Assembly (NCBI GenBank): GCA_001643675.2 | Contig: LSRY02000016.1 | Coordinates: forward strand, 1 to 64,000 | Source of the DNA: Monocercomonoides exilis PA203 | Lineage: Eukaryota; Protista; Preaxostyla | Direction of reading: 5' to 3' | Length of the DNA stretch: 64,000 nucleotides | In this document: one piece after another, positions 63,927-64,000 of the stretch | Layout: each line of letters opens with the position of its first letter | Position numbering within the stretch: the stretch's first letter is position 1 | Translations under genes and position numbers: made by a program | Notes under the pieces: generated by a model | Told to the model about the DNA's origin: nothing | The model's database searches: none | The model's input: only the letters and a program-made list of their open reading frames with translations

Positions 63927-64000
63927 CTCACACTTCTTTTTTCTTTTCTTTCTTTCTTCTTCTTCTTCTTTTTTTGGATGGACTTCATACGTCTTTTTGC

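Overview
AT-rich eukaryotic DNA in the standard code, with short GT-AG introns and Ser/Glu-rich low-complexity proteins. The style and gene families resemble an oxymonad protist such as Monocercomonoides (inference). The first ~40 kb is a nest of DNA transposons and gene relics; the last ~24 kb holds ordinary host genes. Main results: (1) An AAGATCATGG-terminated TIR transposon family. The full element (10649-16580) encodes a 3-exon, ~1260-aa protein in which a USP/C19 deubiquitinase with all catalytic motifs is inserted into a Sola2-like DDD transposase. A highly paired, pseudoknotted RNA follows immediately in 3'. A related element (395-4532, TGAA TSD) keeps the N-terminus and USP but has no catalytic transposase, and a third USP fragment lies at 23254-23594. 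(2) A complete Merlin element (32740-34247, 24-bp TIR, 8-bp TSD) carries a tRNA-like Pol III small RNA. (3) A mosaic ~7.3-kb tandem duplication, a Pack-type TIR element, two foldback elements, a 13x30-aa repeat protein, and a small gene that appears to use a 2-nt micro-exon. All pairings, alignments and gene models were read by eye.
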